Shown: piece by piece, positions 12,764 to 21,758 of the stretch
How the letters are laid out: each line of letters opens with the position of its first letter
Numbering within the stretch: the stretch's first letter is position 1
Sequence record: MF327004
Length of the DNA: 64,000 nucleotides
DNA from: Shigella phage Sf17
Strand: one strand, 5' to 3'
The notes under the pieces: model-generated
Databases searched by the model: none
What the model was told of the DNA's origin: nothing
The model's input: only the letters and a program-made list of their open reading frames with translations
Position numbers and translations under genes: made by a program

Positions 12764-15142
12764 ATGGCTGAATATAAGCTAAGTGAGCTAAACAGTATTG
12801 ATACAGTTCGCTCAGAAGATTTACTTCACCTAAGAATTATCAAAAGGTCTGATATGCTAGGTGATGAAGACCGTAAAATGACCTATGCAAATTTCCTTGC
12901 CTCTTTCAAACTAGAAAGATTCTTACAACTAACTGGTGGGGATATGACAGGGAATCTTGGCATCGTTAAATTAAGATACGGTGGAAAAGACTTATTAGAC
13001 CCAACAGGTTCTTCTGAGGTTATTCTCGGTGACACTGCCAAGACCTTTAGAATTAATGCAAGTGCTTTAAGATTAACTGTAAATGATGCCACAAGGTCTG
13101 CAACAGTTTATCACACACTTAATAAACCATCTCCTAATGAATTAGGTATGAGAACTAACACTGAAAATGATGCAAGATATGCTATGAAGGAAACTGAAAA
13201 TACCTTCTTGGCAAGACAAATCATTAATATCAACGGTGTTGGTTTGACACTTAAAAGTATCTTACCAGATGGTGGAGCATATATTGAAGCAAGAGATTCA
13301 AATAATGCTTTGAGATTCACAGTTGGTAACTTGACTTCTGGTACTGATGTTACATTAGTTAACAGCAAAGGTGCTACGTTGACTCTTGGTACAAACTCTG
13401 TTAGTGTTGACAAGAACTTTGAAATCAATGGTCAGGTTCAGCCTAATAACTGGAATAACCTTGATGCAAGATTCTTTACACAGACTGCTGCTGACCAGAG
13501 ATTTGCACGACTTAATGCAAGTAATAACTTTGTTGGGGTTAACAACTTCAACGGGAAGACTTACGTTATTGCAGATAGTAATGCACTTAACTTAAGAGCG
13601 GCTACAGAGAATGCTGCATTATTTATGCGTGGTTATAACAGTGCTGGGACAGGTGCTTGGTATGTAGGTCAACCAGATGGTACGCAGTCTGAGGTTGTTT
13701 TAGCAAACCAGATGACAAATGTTAACTTGAAAATTGCTACAGAGTTTTCATTTAACAAAGCTATCAACGTAACTGGTCAGGTAAAACCAAGTGACTTTGC
13801 AAACTTTGATACAAGATATGTTCCAAGCTCTTTAACGAACGTTCTTGCAAGAACTAATGCTGCAAACGTTTTTACTAACCCACAAACTATTGTTACTACA
13901 GATGCGGCTTTCACATTGCAAAGTGGGACAGCTAATTCATCACTGTATATTGTTGGTGCTAATGCAGACGGCAATAGACGTTGGTATGTTGGTAACGGTG
14001 AAGGTAGCAGACCAAATTCCCTGTTCCTATACAACTATTCAAGTGGTGGTGTGCAGTTAGAAATTGCTGAGACTTTCATGTTTAATAGAAGCGTATCAGT
14101 ATCTGGTCAGGTTCAGCCTACAGATTGGACAAACTTTGACTCAAGATATTACACACAATCTGCTGCAAACTCAAGATATATGTTGTCTGGTGTGTCTGGA
14201 ACTGGAACAGAAGTAGGTGATGCAACAGGTATTGCTTGGAATTCAAAAACAGGTTTGTACAGTGTTACAAATTCAACTGGTGGGTCTACTCACTTAGTTT
14301 ACCAAATGCACCTTGGAGTTGGTACATCTACACCGACTGCACAGTTTAAATTTAACTACAAGAATACTGGAATCTATTATAGAACAGCAAGGGATGGATT
14401 TGGTTTTGAAGAGGTTTGGGCTAAAATCTACACAGACCAAGACAAACCTACACCCTCTGAACTTGGTGCTTACACCAAGGCTGAAGTAGACCAACGTATT
14501 GCCTCTGCGGTAACTGATTCTACAGACCTCAAGAAAGTGTATCCAGTAGGAATTGTGACGTTCTTTGCTTCTAATGTCAACCCAAATACAGCTTTCCCAG
14601 GCACTACTTGGACTTACTTGACAGAGGGTGCAAACAGAACTATTAGAATCGGTTCTGCAAATGGTTCCGATGTGAAAGGGCTTGGTGGTGCTGATACAGT
14701 TGCATTAAGTGTTGGTCATATTCCTGCACACACTCATAGCTTCTCTGGAACAACAAGTACATTTGATTATGGCACTAAGTACACAGACGCTCAAGGTGCT
14801 CACGACCATGACAGAGGTAACATGGAAATCTCTGGTGACTTTGGTTTCTTCAGAAGTGATGCAAATAGCTTCTATACAGCAAGTGGGGCATTCGCTATCT
14901 CAGGTTCACAAGCCTCTAGGGGTTATACTGGTTCACAATTCACTTATGGTACACCTGTCAACTTCTACGCATCAAGAACTTGGACAGGGAGAACAAGTTG
15001 GGTAGGTGCTCACGGTCACGGTGTAGGTATTGGTGCTCACAACCACACATTCAGTGGTAACACTGGTGCAACTGGTTCTGGTGCAGCATTCAGTGTTCTT
15101 AACACTTACATTAAATTAATGGCTTGGGTAAGAACTGCATAA
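12764..15142 (+). CDS. tail fibre protein (long), probable receptor-binding fibre
   Basis: 792 aa; three internal copies of a ~110-aa module (INGQVQPNNW.., VTGQVKPSDF.., VSGQVQPTDW..); C-terminal HxH tracts (AHTHSF, AHGHGVGIGAHNHTF); terminal WVRTA shared with ORF 11543-12718. Confidence 0.6.
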   Translation: MAEYKLSELNSIDTVRSEDLLHLRIIKRSDMLGDEDRKMTYANFLASFKLERFLQLTGGDMTGNLGIVKLRYGGKDLLDPTGSSEVILGDTAKTFRINASALRLTVNDATRSATVYHTLNKPSPNELGMRTNTENDARYAMKETENTFLARQIININGVGLTLKSILPDGGAYIEARDSNNALRFTVGNLTSGTDVTLVNSKGATLTLGTNSVSVDKNFEINGQVQPNNWNNLDARFFTQTAADQRFARLNASNNFVGVNNFNGKTYVIADSNALNLRAATENAALFMRGYNSAGTGAWYVGQPDGTQSEVVLANQMTNVNLKIATEFSFNKAINVTGQVKPSDFANFDTRYVPSSLTNVLARTNAANVFTNPQTIVTTDAAFTLQSGTANSSLYIVGANADGNRRWYVGNGEGSRPNSLFLYNYSSGGVQLEIAETFMFNRSVSVSGQVQPTDWTNFDSRYYTQSAANSRYMLSGVSGTGTEVGDATGIAWNSKTGLYSVTNSTGGSTHLVYQMHLGVGTSTPTAQFKFNYKNTGIYYRTARDGFGFEEVWAKIYTDQDKPTPSELGAYTKAEVDQRIASAVTDSTDLKKVYPVGIVTFFASNVNPNTAFPGTTWTYLTEGANRTIRIGSANGSDVKGLGGADTVALSVGHIPAHTHSFSGTTSTFDYGTKYTDAQGAHDHDRGNMEISGDFGFFRSDANSFYTASGAFAISGSQASRGYTGSQFTYGTPVNFYASRTWTGRTSWVGAHGHGVGIGAHNHTFSGNTGATGSGAAFSVLNTYIKLMAWVRTA

Positions 15143-15150
15143 TTACCTTG

Positions 15151-15179
15151 TTGACTAACTGTCAAGATGGTGTTAATAT
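15151..15179 (+). promoter_or_regulatory. sigma70-type promoter TTGACT-17-TAATAT overlapped by 10-bp inverted repeat
   Basis: -35/-10 hexamers with 17-bp spacer 9 nt after fibre stop; inverted repeat CAAGATGGTG (15163-15172) / CACCATCTTG (15197-15206) overlaps it; about 50 nt upstream of ORF 15229. Confidence 0.45.
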
Positions 15180-15228
15180 TTCTTAGTAGGTATTCTCACC
15201 ATCTTGGCTCAAGAAGTAAGGTGATTAA

Positions 15229-15423
15229 ATGCCAACCATTCTAGCAATCCTCATGAAAAACCTTGGGGCATTCTTTTGGAAGCTTCTTTTTTCTCTTCTC
15301 AGTGAATACATGATTGAAAAAGTGTTCTTTAAGCTTGCAAGATACCTTGCGAGTAAAACAGATACACCTATTGATGATGAATTTGTAGATACCTTGGAAA
15401 AGGCTTTTAAAGGTGAGAAATAA
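15229..15423 (+). CDS. small protein with hydrophobic N-terminal segment (possible membrane protein)
   Basis: 64-aa ORF with own promoter and GGTGA SD; N-terminal ILAILMKNLGAFFWKLLFSLL. Confidence 0.4.
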   Translation: MPTILAILMKNLGAFFWKLLFSLLSEYMIEKVFFKLARYLASKTDTPIDDEFVDTLEKAFKGEK

Positions 15424-15797
15424 TGAAGTGGCTTGAAGATGCTTTTAAGAATAATATTGGTGCAATCGTTGTAGGTATTTTCAGTGTAATTGGTATGTAC
15501 ACTACAATGCAGGTCTCTGATGGTAAACAGGAAGTGTCTATCACAAATAAGTTACAGCAGTTGGATGGTTACTCAAAAGGTAACTATTCAGCTATTCGTG
15601 ACTTACAATCTGATATGAAGCTCCTACAATTAGGGATGGAGAACCAGAAAGTTCAGCTAGAGAATGTTAAGGGAGAAAACGCTAAGTTGACTAAGACCCT
15701 TGATAAGTTCTCTGACAGTGTTAACAACTTAGCACAATCTGTATCAGCTTTGCAAGCAATTACAGAACAAAATACCCAAAGCACTAAAAAGAAATAA
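15423..15797 (+). CDS. membrane-anchored coiled-coil protein
   Basis: 124 aa; N-terminal hydrophobic helix IGAIVVGIFSVIGMYTT then heptad-like region; start overlaps previous stop. Confidence 0.4.
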   Translation: MKWLEDAFKNNIGAIVVGIFSVIGMYTTMQVSDGKQEVSITNKLQQLDGYSKGNYSAIRDLQSDMKLLQLGMENQKVQLENVKGENAKLTKTLDKFSDSVNNLAQSVSALQAITEQNTQSTKKK

Positions 15798-15802
15798 TTC
15801 TA

Positions 15803-15830
15803 AGGCTCCTTTTTACGGGAGCCTTTTTTG
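15803..15830. terminator. terminator at convergence of + and - blocks
   Basis: GGCTCC - loop - GGAGCC followed by T6; sits between the last + strand structural ORF and the thyA stop on the - strand. Confidence 0.55.
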
Positions 15831-15833
15831 TTT

Positions 15834-16733
15834 CTACTTACCTACTGATAAAGGTGCTTCAATCTTACCAGCATGTTTATACCCTTTCAACCCACCTAGG
15901 AAGTCATCTGCTGTCATATGTCTCAAGTCTTCAAGAGACTTCAAATCTTGATGAATTTCAAACTTAGGTGCTGGGAACTCTTCATTACCAAGAAGCTGAA
16001 AAACCTGTGACATATGGTTCTGGTAGATTTGAGTATCACCATAAGTCCCTACCAGATATCGCGGTGTATACCCCGTCAGTTTACACAACACTTCCAAGAT
16101 AAAGGCATAGGAAGCAATGTTAAATGGTAATCCTAAGAACGTATCACAAGAGCGCTGATACCATTTCAAATCTACCTCATTAGTGTTCGAGATGTAAATC
16201 TGAAAAAGTACATGGCAAGGTGCTAATGCCATAGAGTTACTTGATATATCTGCTGCATTCCATGCGTTAACGAGCATGTAACGGTCTGTAGGAGACTTTC
16301 TCATCTTCTCTACAAGATTACTCAACTGGTCTACAACAACTCCACCATGACCTTCGTAGGCTCTCCATTGGACTCCATAGATTCTTCCTCCAGCGTCCTC
16401 CAGCCAATCATTCTCTGTAGCATAGGTTGTTTTCAACCAACGTTTAAAATCATCTGTCCAGATAGTCCAACGCTCTCCGTCATTCTCCCCCCAAGTTCTG
16501 TAACGCAAATGGCCTAGTTGGTTTTCACCGTTCATAAACCATAATGCTTCACCGAGGACTTGACGCATAAACGTTTGTTTTGAGGTGATTAATGGAAATC
16601 CACTACGCATATCAAAACGGAACTCAGGTGGAGCAAAGGTAGAAATCACTGAGCCAGTTCTGGTTTTACGCAACTCACCAACTGATAAAACATGGTTTAA
16701 AATAGCTTTGTAGCTTACATCTGCTTGTGACAT
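15834..16733 (-). CDS. thyA: thymidylate synthase
   Basis: 299 aa; LAPCHVLFQIY and YQRSCDTFLGLPFNIASYA match the ThyA active-site signature; ATG at 16731-16733. Confidence 0.85.
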   Translation of the reverse strand: MSQADVSYKAILNHVLSVGELRKTRTGSVISTFAPPEFRFDMRSGFPLITSKQTFMRQVLGEALWFMNGENQLGHLRYRTWGENDGERWTIWTDDFKRWLKTTYATENDWLEDAGGRIYGVQWRAYEGHGGVVVDQLSNLVEKMRKSPTDRYMLVNAWNAADISSNSMALAPCHVLFQIYISNTNEVDLKWYQRSCDTFLGLPFNIASYAFILEVLCKLTGYTPRYLVGTYGDTQIYQNHMSQVFQLLGNEEFPAPKFEIHQDLKSLEDLRHMTADDFLGGLKGYKHAGKIEAPLSVGK

Positions 16734-16734
16734 A

Positions 16735-17280
16735 TTAGAAAAGCCCTCTTACTTGTGGAACATAGGTATCAAACACCACAGACTTATCTTCTGAAGGTTT
16801 GGACTGTACTTTAGCAAATAAATCTGTGTCATACAAGTACTGGAAGAAACCCTCATAAGGTAGCTTGACAGTAGCCTCTTCAGTAACTTCCTTAATAACA
16901 CTGTGGAAAACTACGTCAGCATACGGCAAAGCTGAGATTAAGATATTGGCTCCACCGATTACTAAAACATCTTCATCAATAGAGCTATCAATATACTTCA
17001 GGAAAGCCCCAAAAGCTTCAGGCTTAACTCTTGCTTTACAATGAGAGTCATCTTTAAAATCCAGACCATAAAAGTCAAGAGAGTTTGTCAAGACAATGTT
17101 CTCACGGTTTGGCAAAGGCTTGCTCCCAAGAGTCTTCCAAGTTTCGCTACCCATCAAGACTAACTGGTTAACAGTCTGCTTCTTAAACTCTGCCATATCT
17201 TGTTTATTACGAGGCCAAGGCATTCCAGTAGCTGTGCCAAACTCCCCGTTAATACCACTTGCAAAAATTAACTTAATCAT
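16735..17280 (-). CDS. frd: dihydrofolate reductase
   Basis: 181 aa; N-terminus IKLIFASGINGEFG..MPW and LMGSETW resemble DHFR; adjacent to thyA. Confidence 0.75.
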   Translation of the reverse strand: MIKLIFASGINGEFGTATGMPWPRNKQDMAEFKKQTVNQLVLMGSETWKTLGSKPLPNRENIVLTNSLDFYGLDFKDDSHCKARVKPEAFGAFLKYIDSSIDEDVLVIGGANILISALPYADVVFHSVIKEVTEEATVKLPYEGFFQYLYDTDLFAKVQSKPSEDKSVVFDTYVPQVRGLF

Positions 17281-17549
17281 TTTGTAAATCCTTTGATAAT
17301 GAACCAGTTCAGAACACGCTTCACAATCCTGTTTGGATGGTAAATAAGGTGGGGTTGTGGTTCATAACTTCCATAAGCCCAAAAAGATAAAATCTTTCCA
17401 CATCCACAGCAACGGGTGTACTCTTCAGCGATATTGCCAGAGACAATCTCTGAAACTTCACCTTGGAAGTTCTCACCTCCACAATGGCAGCATTTAACTG
17501 GCTCACCATCATTCATGTAACACTGTGATACTCCGCTTAAGATTTTCAT
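17277..17549 (-). CDS. small Cys-rich protein (putative zinc ribbon)
   Basis: 90 aa with CCHCGG ... CCGCGK cysteine clusters. Confidence 0.4.
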   Translation of the reverse strand: MKILSGVSQCYMNDGEPVKCCHCGGENFQGEVSEIVSGNIAEEYTRCCGCGKILSFWAYGSYEPQPHLIYHPNRIVKRVLNWFIIKGFTK

Positions 17550-18061
17550 TTTTTGTTTACCTTAAAAGTGCGTTCAAATTTTAGTATGAAATCAAGGTCA
17601 TCAACTTCACTTGACAGGAAGTCTTCAAAGTGTTTTGGAACAAAGTCTAAGAAACTCATAGAACCAAAATCACCTGTCAGCTTGATAGTGCCTTGTTCAC
17701 ACTCAGCAGTTACTACATGACCACCTTCAGTTTGCTTAACAATCTCTACAATATCAGCTATGAAGATGTTTAGCAATGCTTTAAAACTTCTTGGATACTG
17801 TGTATCTGAGTACAGTTCAATACTTGGCTCAAGATTAACTTCAATAGAACGACTATCCCGTAGCTCTGGAGTAAATAAGTGAGCAGGAAGAACACACAGA
17901 GAATCAGCAGTGTCTTCATCAATGAACTCAATAGTTCCTGCATCATAGTTAGTGTCAATCAAGAATGTCTTCTCAGTATGATTTGTGGACTTCATATGCT
18001 CAGACAACATTGATTTCAAGAACTCTGCTTCAGGCTGGCAAAGGGTAATTCCAATTTTCAT
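17546..18061 (-). CDS. hypothetical protein
   Basis: 171-aa ORF, co-oriented, overlapping stops/starts with neighbours. Confidence 0.4.
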   Translation of the reverse strand: MKIGITLCQPEAEFLKSMLSEHMKSTNHTEKTFLIDTNYDAGTIEFIDEDTADSLCVLPAHLFTPELRDSRSIEVNLEPSIELYSDTQYPRSFKALLNIFIADIVEIVKQTEGGHVVTAECEQGTIKLTGDFGSMSFLDFVPKHFEDFLSSEVDDLDFILKFERTFKVNKK

Positions 18062-18062
18062 G

Positions 18063-18566
18063 TTAAACCTCTACAAAAGTATCTTTGTCATTATCGTACT
18101 TGAAGAATTTTATACACTTTTGTGTCTTCCAGTCAACCTTTTCATCATAAGCAAGACCTTTTGCTACACGCTTTCCAATGGTCTGTATAATGATTTCACG
18201 GAGTTTTTCATATTCCTTCCAAGCTCTTGATACAACAGTTAGGTTATATTTGCGATAACTTTCAACAGATTGTTCGTTATAGCGTATCTCCATAGGGCTT
18301 GCAGGCTTGTACAGATGGGGTAGTAAATCCCAACCCATATGCCCTTCTTCTTTGGCTAGTTCTAGTTGGTGAAGATATTCATTCAACCGTCCATCTTCCT
18401 CAAGCCACCTGTGAAGTGTCTGCAAGCCTAAGATATTGTTGTTAAAGTGTGATGCACGTTTCACAGAACCTAAATCACAACGATAATCTGACTTTGGTAG
18501 TGATAGTATACTGCCTTGCAATACACTGTACCCAAAGTATAAATCGAGTTTTAAGGGAAGAGACAT
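18063..18566 (-). CDS. hypothetical protein
   Basis: 167-aa ORF, co-oriented in - strand early block. Confidence 0.4.
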   Translation of the reverse strand: MSLPLKLDLYFGYSVLQGSILSLPKSDYRCDLGSVKRASHFNNNILGLQTLHRWLEEDGRLNEYLHQLELAKEEGHMGWDLLPHLYKPASPMEIRYNEQSVESYRKYNLTVVSRAWKEYEKLREIIIQTIGKRVAKGLAYDEKVDWKTQKCIKFFKYDNDKDTFVEV

Positions 18567-18910
18567 TTGATATCCTCATTTTTAAACACAAAAGTTGTAT
18601 AGTTGTGACCATCAACATCTAACCAGACAGCCTTGACTTCAACACCATCTAGGTTCTCTGACAACTCTTTGATGAAGTGGTCTCGCACCTTTTTAGCACT
18701 TGTAGTTTCAAGTTTGATGTTAGAGATTGCAGAGCCAATTGCCATATAACCTCTTACACGATTTGCTTCAGTATGCTTCATACCACCAGTTGTGTAAACC
18801 TCTTTCAAGGTCTCCAGAATTGCATTACCATAAAGCTTCTCTGCTGGAGTTGGTTTACCATAGAAGCCAATTGCAAAGTTATCGTTAAAGATTGCATTTT
18901 CACGTTTCAT
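18551..18910 (-). CDS. hypothetical protein
   Basis: 119-aa ORF, co-oriented. Confidence 0.4.
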   Translation of the reverse strand: MKRENAIFNDNFAIGFYGKPTPAEKLYGNAILETLKEVYTTGGMKHTEANRVRGYMAIGSAISNIKLETTSAKKVRDHFIKELSENLDGVEVKAVWLDVDGHNYTTFVFKNEDIKCLFP

Positions 18911-18911
18911 A

Positions 18912-19211
18912 TTAATCTGCCAGCCTTAAGTTAAAGTTTACACCAAGTTTTGTACAAGCATTAAGCATGTACTCTAAAGAAATCTTTTGAGGGTCGTTAA
19001 TGATATTTGACACACGACTCTGTGAGATTTCACAAACAGTTGCTACTTGAGCCTGAGAAAGTTTTAGCTTCTCAATCTCTTTAGAGAATCTGAAAGATAC
19101 AAAATCTTTCATCTCTTCTATATCCATTGGACAGATATAACTCTCCATTTCCGCCTCTCTATCAGCCTCCCAAGAATCTTGAGGTGCATATGGGTCAAAG
19201 ACTTCATTCAT
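18912..19211 (-). CDS. helix-turn-helix domain protein (possible transcription regulator)
   Basis: Segment LKLSQAQVATVCEISQSRVSNII resembles an XRE/Cro-type HTH. Confidence 0.4.
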   Translation of the reverse strand: MNEVFDPYAPQDSWEADREAEMESYICPMDIEEMKDFVSFRFSKEIEKLKLSQAQVATVCEISQSRVSNIINDPQKISLEYMLNACTKLGVNFNLRLAD

Positions 19212-19407
19212 CTTTCTTTCTCCGTTTTCGAGAAGTGTCTATTAACGAATCAAGATTAGTTGCTCTGACGTTTTCACGAGTCCCATTGATGTAGTTATCT
19301 AAAGACTCTACAACGGTTGAATAATCACTTGCCCAAACTCTGTAAATAACTACTCCGTCATCATCGACTACTTCACCGTAGTCTACTCTACAGATGTTCT
19401 TCTTCAT
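19204..19407 (-). CDS. hypothetical protein
   Basis: 67-aa ORF, basic C-terminus (RKRRKKDE). Confidence 0.35.
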   Translation of the reverse strand: MKKNICRVDYGEVVDDDGVVIYRVWASDYSTVVESLDNYINGTRENVRATNLDSLIDTSRKRRKKDE

Positions 19408-19409
19408 GA

Positions 19410-19790
19410 TTATAAACCCATGCAGTGACGATTTTCAATAAAGTATTGAACACCTTTGAAAGACTCACGCATAAAATTATCTTTCACATCTTCTACAGTT
19501 TCGATACCTTTACTATCAAGAAGGTCAACGTTCTGAGTAACCATCTCATCTGCTAATCTGTCATAGTAATCTCCCATAAAATGGTAGTTGTAGTCAACCA
19601 TCTTATCAGTCATTTCTTGAACAGTCTGAGCAGATAACGGTTTAGTTAACTCTCCAGCATTTGATGCAATTTTCTGTACAATCTTACAAGATTCTAAAGC
19701 AACACCACTAAAGTTTGCTTCAGGCATCTTCATAGCTGCTGCACTAAAACTCATACCAAGAGCAATGATACCAACAAGTAACTTTTTCAT
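19410..19790 (-). CDS. secreted/periplasmic protein
   Basis: 126 aa; N-terminal signal-peptide-like MKKLLVGIIALGMSFSAAA. Confidence 0.45.
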   Translation of the reverse strand: MKKLLVGIIALGMSFSAAAMKMPEANFSGVALESCKIVQKIASNAGELTKPLSAQTVQEMTDKMVDYNYHFMGDYYDRLADEMVTQNVDLLDSKGIETVEDVKDNFMRESFKGVQYFIENRHCMGL

Positions 19791-19906
19791 AACTACCTCC
19801 TATATAAAATTTTGTATACATTTGAGTATAAAAATAAGCTATAACACCTGACTTGTCAACAGATTTTATAGCTTATTTGGCAGATTTTTTATAAGGCTAC
19901 TGCCAT

Positions 19907-19965
19907 CCTTCCGCACCCGACCTGACCTCGCCCAACCTTACCTGACTGAACCACACCCGACCAAA
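19907..19965. repeat. phased pentanucleotide (NNACC)n tract 1
   Basis: About 11 consecutive in-phase pentamers, + strand nearly G-free; left flank GGCTACTGCCATCC. Confidence 0.7.
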
Positions 19966-20004
19966 CATCACTTAAAAACCCTTTTCAAAGACTCTTAAGT
20001 GATG
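19966..20004. other. hairpin A (CATCACTTAA - 19 nt - TTAAGTGATG)
   Basis: Perfect 10-bp inverted repeat capping tract 1; second copy at 21499-21537. Confidence 0.6.
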
Positions 20005-20033
20005 TAATCGAATTTTTATGTAGCTCCGATTAA

Positions 20034-20084
20034 CTACCCATACCTAACCCCACCTTGCCACACCGAACCAGACCAAACCCAGCC
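20034..20084. repeat. phased pentanucleotide (NNACC)n tract 2
   Basis: About 10 in-phase pentamers (ctacc catac ctaac cccac ...); left flank GTAGCTCCGATTAACTACCC. Confidence 0.7.
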
Positions 20085-20104
20085 TCATTAAAAGACCCTT
20101 TTAA

Positions 20105-20136
20105 AGACCTTTTAAAAAGGAGCCTCCGAAGAGGCT
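20105..20136 (-). terminator. rho-independent terminator of - strand cassette (UUCG-tetraloop hairpin)
   Basis: On - strand: AGCCTC-TTCG-GAGGCT followed by CCTTTTTAAAAGG, 12 nt downstream of the stop of ORF 20148-20588. Confidence 0.5.
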
Positions 20137-20147
20137 ACCTAGTCAAC

Positions 20148-20588
20148 TTAGAAAGGTTTTCTACGTTGCTTGTTAATGTTAGCTTTCATGGCAGCTAAAT
20201 GGTTTTGCTGTTCAATCAGTCGTGAACGTTCTTGATGACTAAGTACCATAGTGTTCACATTCTCAATCGCTTGAGTGGCTTGTTTTAAAGCACGACCAAT
20301 CTTACTAGACATTTTACGTTTTGCAATAGTTGCTTGATGTTTAGGTTCCACCACACGATAACCAACACCCATTGAAGTGACCAGATAAATCTTCTCTTCT
20401 TTAAGAAGCTTCTCAATAAACTTCTCAAGTCGATTTAGGCGTGTAAGTGCGTAAGCTTTCATTTCATCTTCGTACTTAACAATGTCACCTTGATAAGTCG
20501 GCTTCACAATACCTAAGAAGGTGTCCATCTCAGAGTGTGATACAGTATCACCGTAACTGAACTTTGCTGCTAATGCTTTTGTATTCAT
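20148..20588 (-). CDS. hypothetical protein
   Basis: 146-aa ORF, ATG at 20586-20588, basic C-terminus (NKQRRKPF); no recognisable motif. Confidence 0.45.
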   Translation of the reverse strand: MNTKALAAKFSYGDTVSHSEMDTFLGIVKPTYQGDIVKYEDEMKAYALTRLNRLEKFIEKLLKEEKIYLVTSMGVGYRVVEPKHQATIAKRKMSSKIGRALKQATQAIENVNTMVLSHQERSRLIEQQNHLAAMKANINKQRRKPF

Positions 20589-20590
20589 AA

Positions 20591-21196
<606 letters not shown>

Positions 21197-21284
21197 TTAG
21201 TTGATTGTTAAGTTGTTTGTAAAGAACCCTCAACAGAAGACTCTTTAGAAACTTGGTAGATTTTTAACGTGGCTACTACCATCC

Positions 21285-21346
21285 ACCCTTACCTCACTTT
21301 ACCTAACCTGACCTTACCAGACCCAACCGGACACTACCCTACCTAG
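21285..21346. repeat. phased pentanucleotide (ACCNN)n tract 3
   Basis: In-phase pentamers accta acctg acctt accag accca accgg acact accct accta; left flank GGCTACTACCATCC. Confidence 0.7.
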
Positions 21347-21417
21347 CGAAACCTCATTAAAAGACCCTTTTAAAGACCTTTTAAAAAGGTGAGTCTCATT
21401 TTAATGTAGCTGAGACT

Positions 21418-21497
21418 AACTACCCTCACCAAACCGGACCAGACCCAACCCAGCCATACCAGACCATACCACACCCAACCGAACCGAACCTTACCGA
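21418..21497. repeat. phased pentanucleotide (NNACC)n tract 4
   Basis: 15 consecutive in-phase pentamers taccc tcacc aaacc ggacc agacc caacc cagcc atacc agacc atacc acacc caacc gaacc gaacc ttacc. Confidence 0.75.
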
Positions 21498-21498
21498 G

Positions 21499-21537
21499 CA
21501 TCACTTAAAAACCCTCTTAAAAGACTCTTAAGTGATG
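21499..21537. other. hairpin A, second copy
   Basis: CATCACTTAA - 19 nt - TTAAGTGATG, near-identical to 19966-20004. Confidence 0.6.
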
Positions 21538-21758
21538 CTGGTGAGTACCCGTTGGTTTATGCTGCTCAGTATACTCACCAAATTTTCTATGTCAACAACT
21601 TTATATTAAAAATTCTCTGACTACTGCATTTACTACAAATGATAACAGAGTAAGGGCTAAGGCTGATTTGTATGTTATGCTTAACAGTTTACTTATGAAG
21701 TAAGATAATGATAAAACAACAAAAACAAACAGGATAATTGCGCTAAACATGCTAACCT

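Noticed and set aside
12755-12766. T4-type late promoter (TATAAATA) upstream of structural genes
   Set aside because: TTTATAAATG at the fibre start overlaps the start codon and no consistent TATAAATA motif was found ahead of other late genes.
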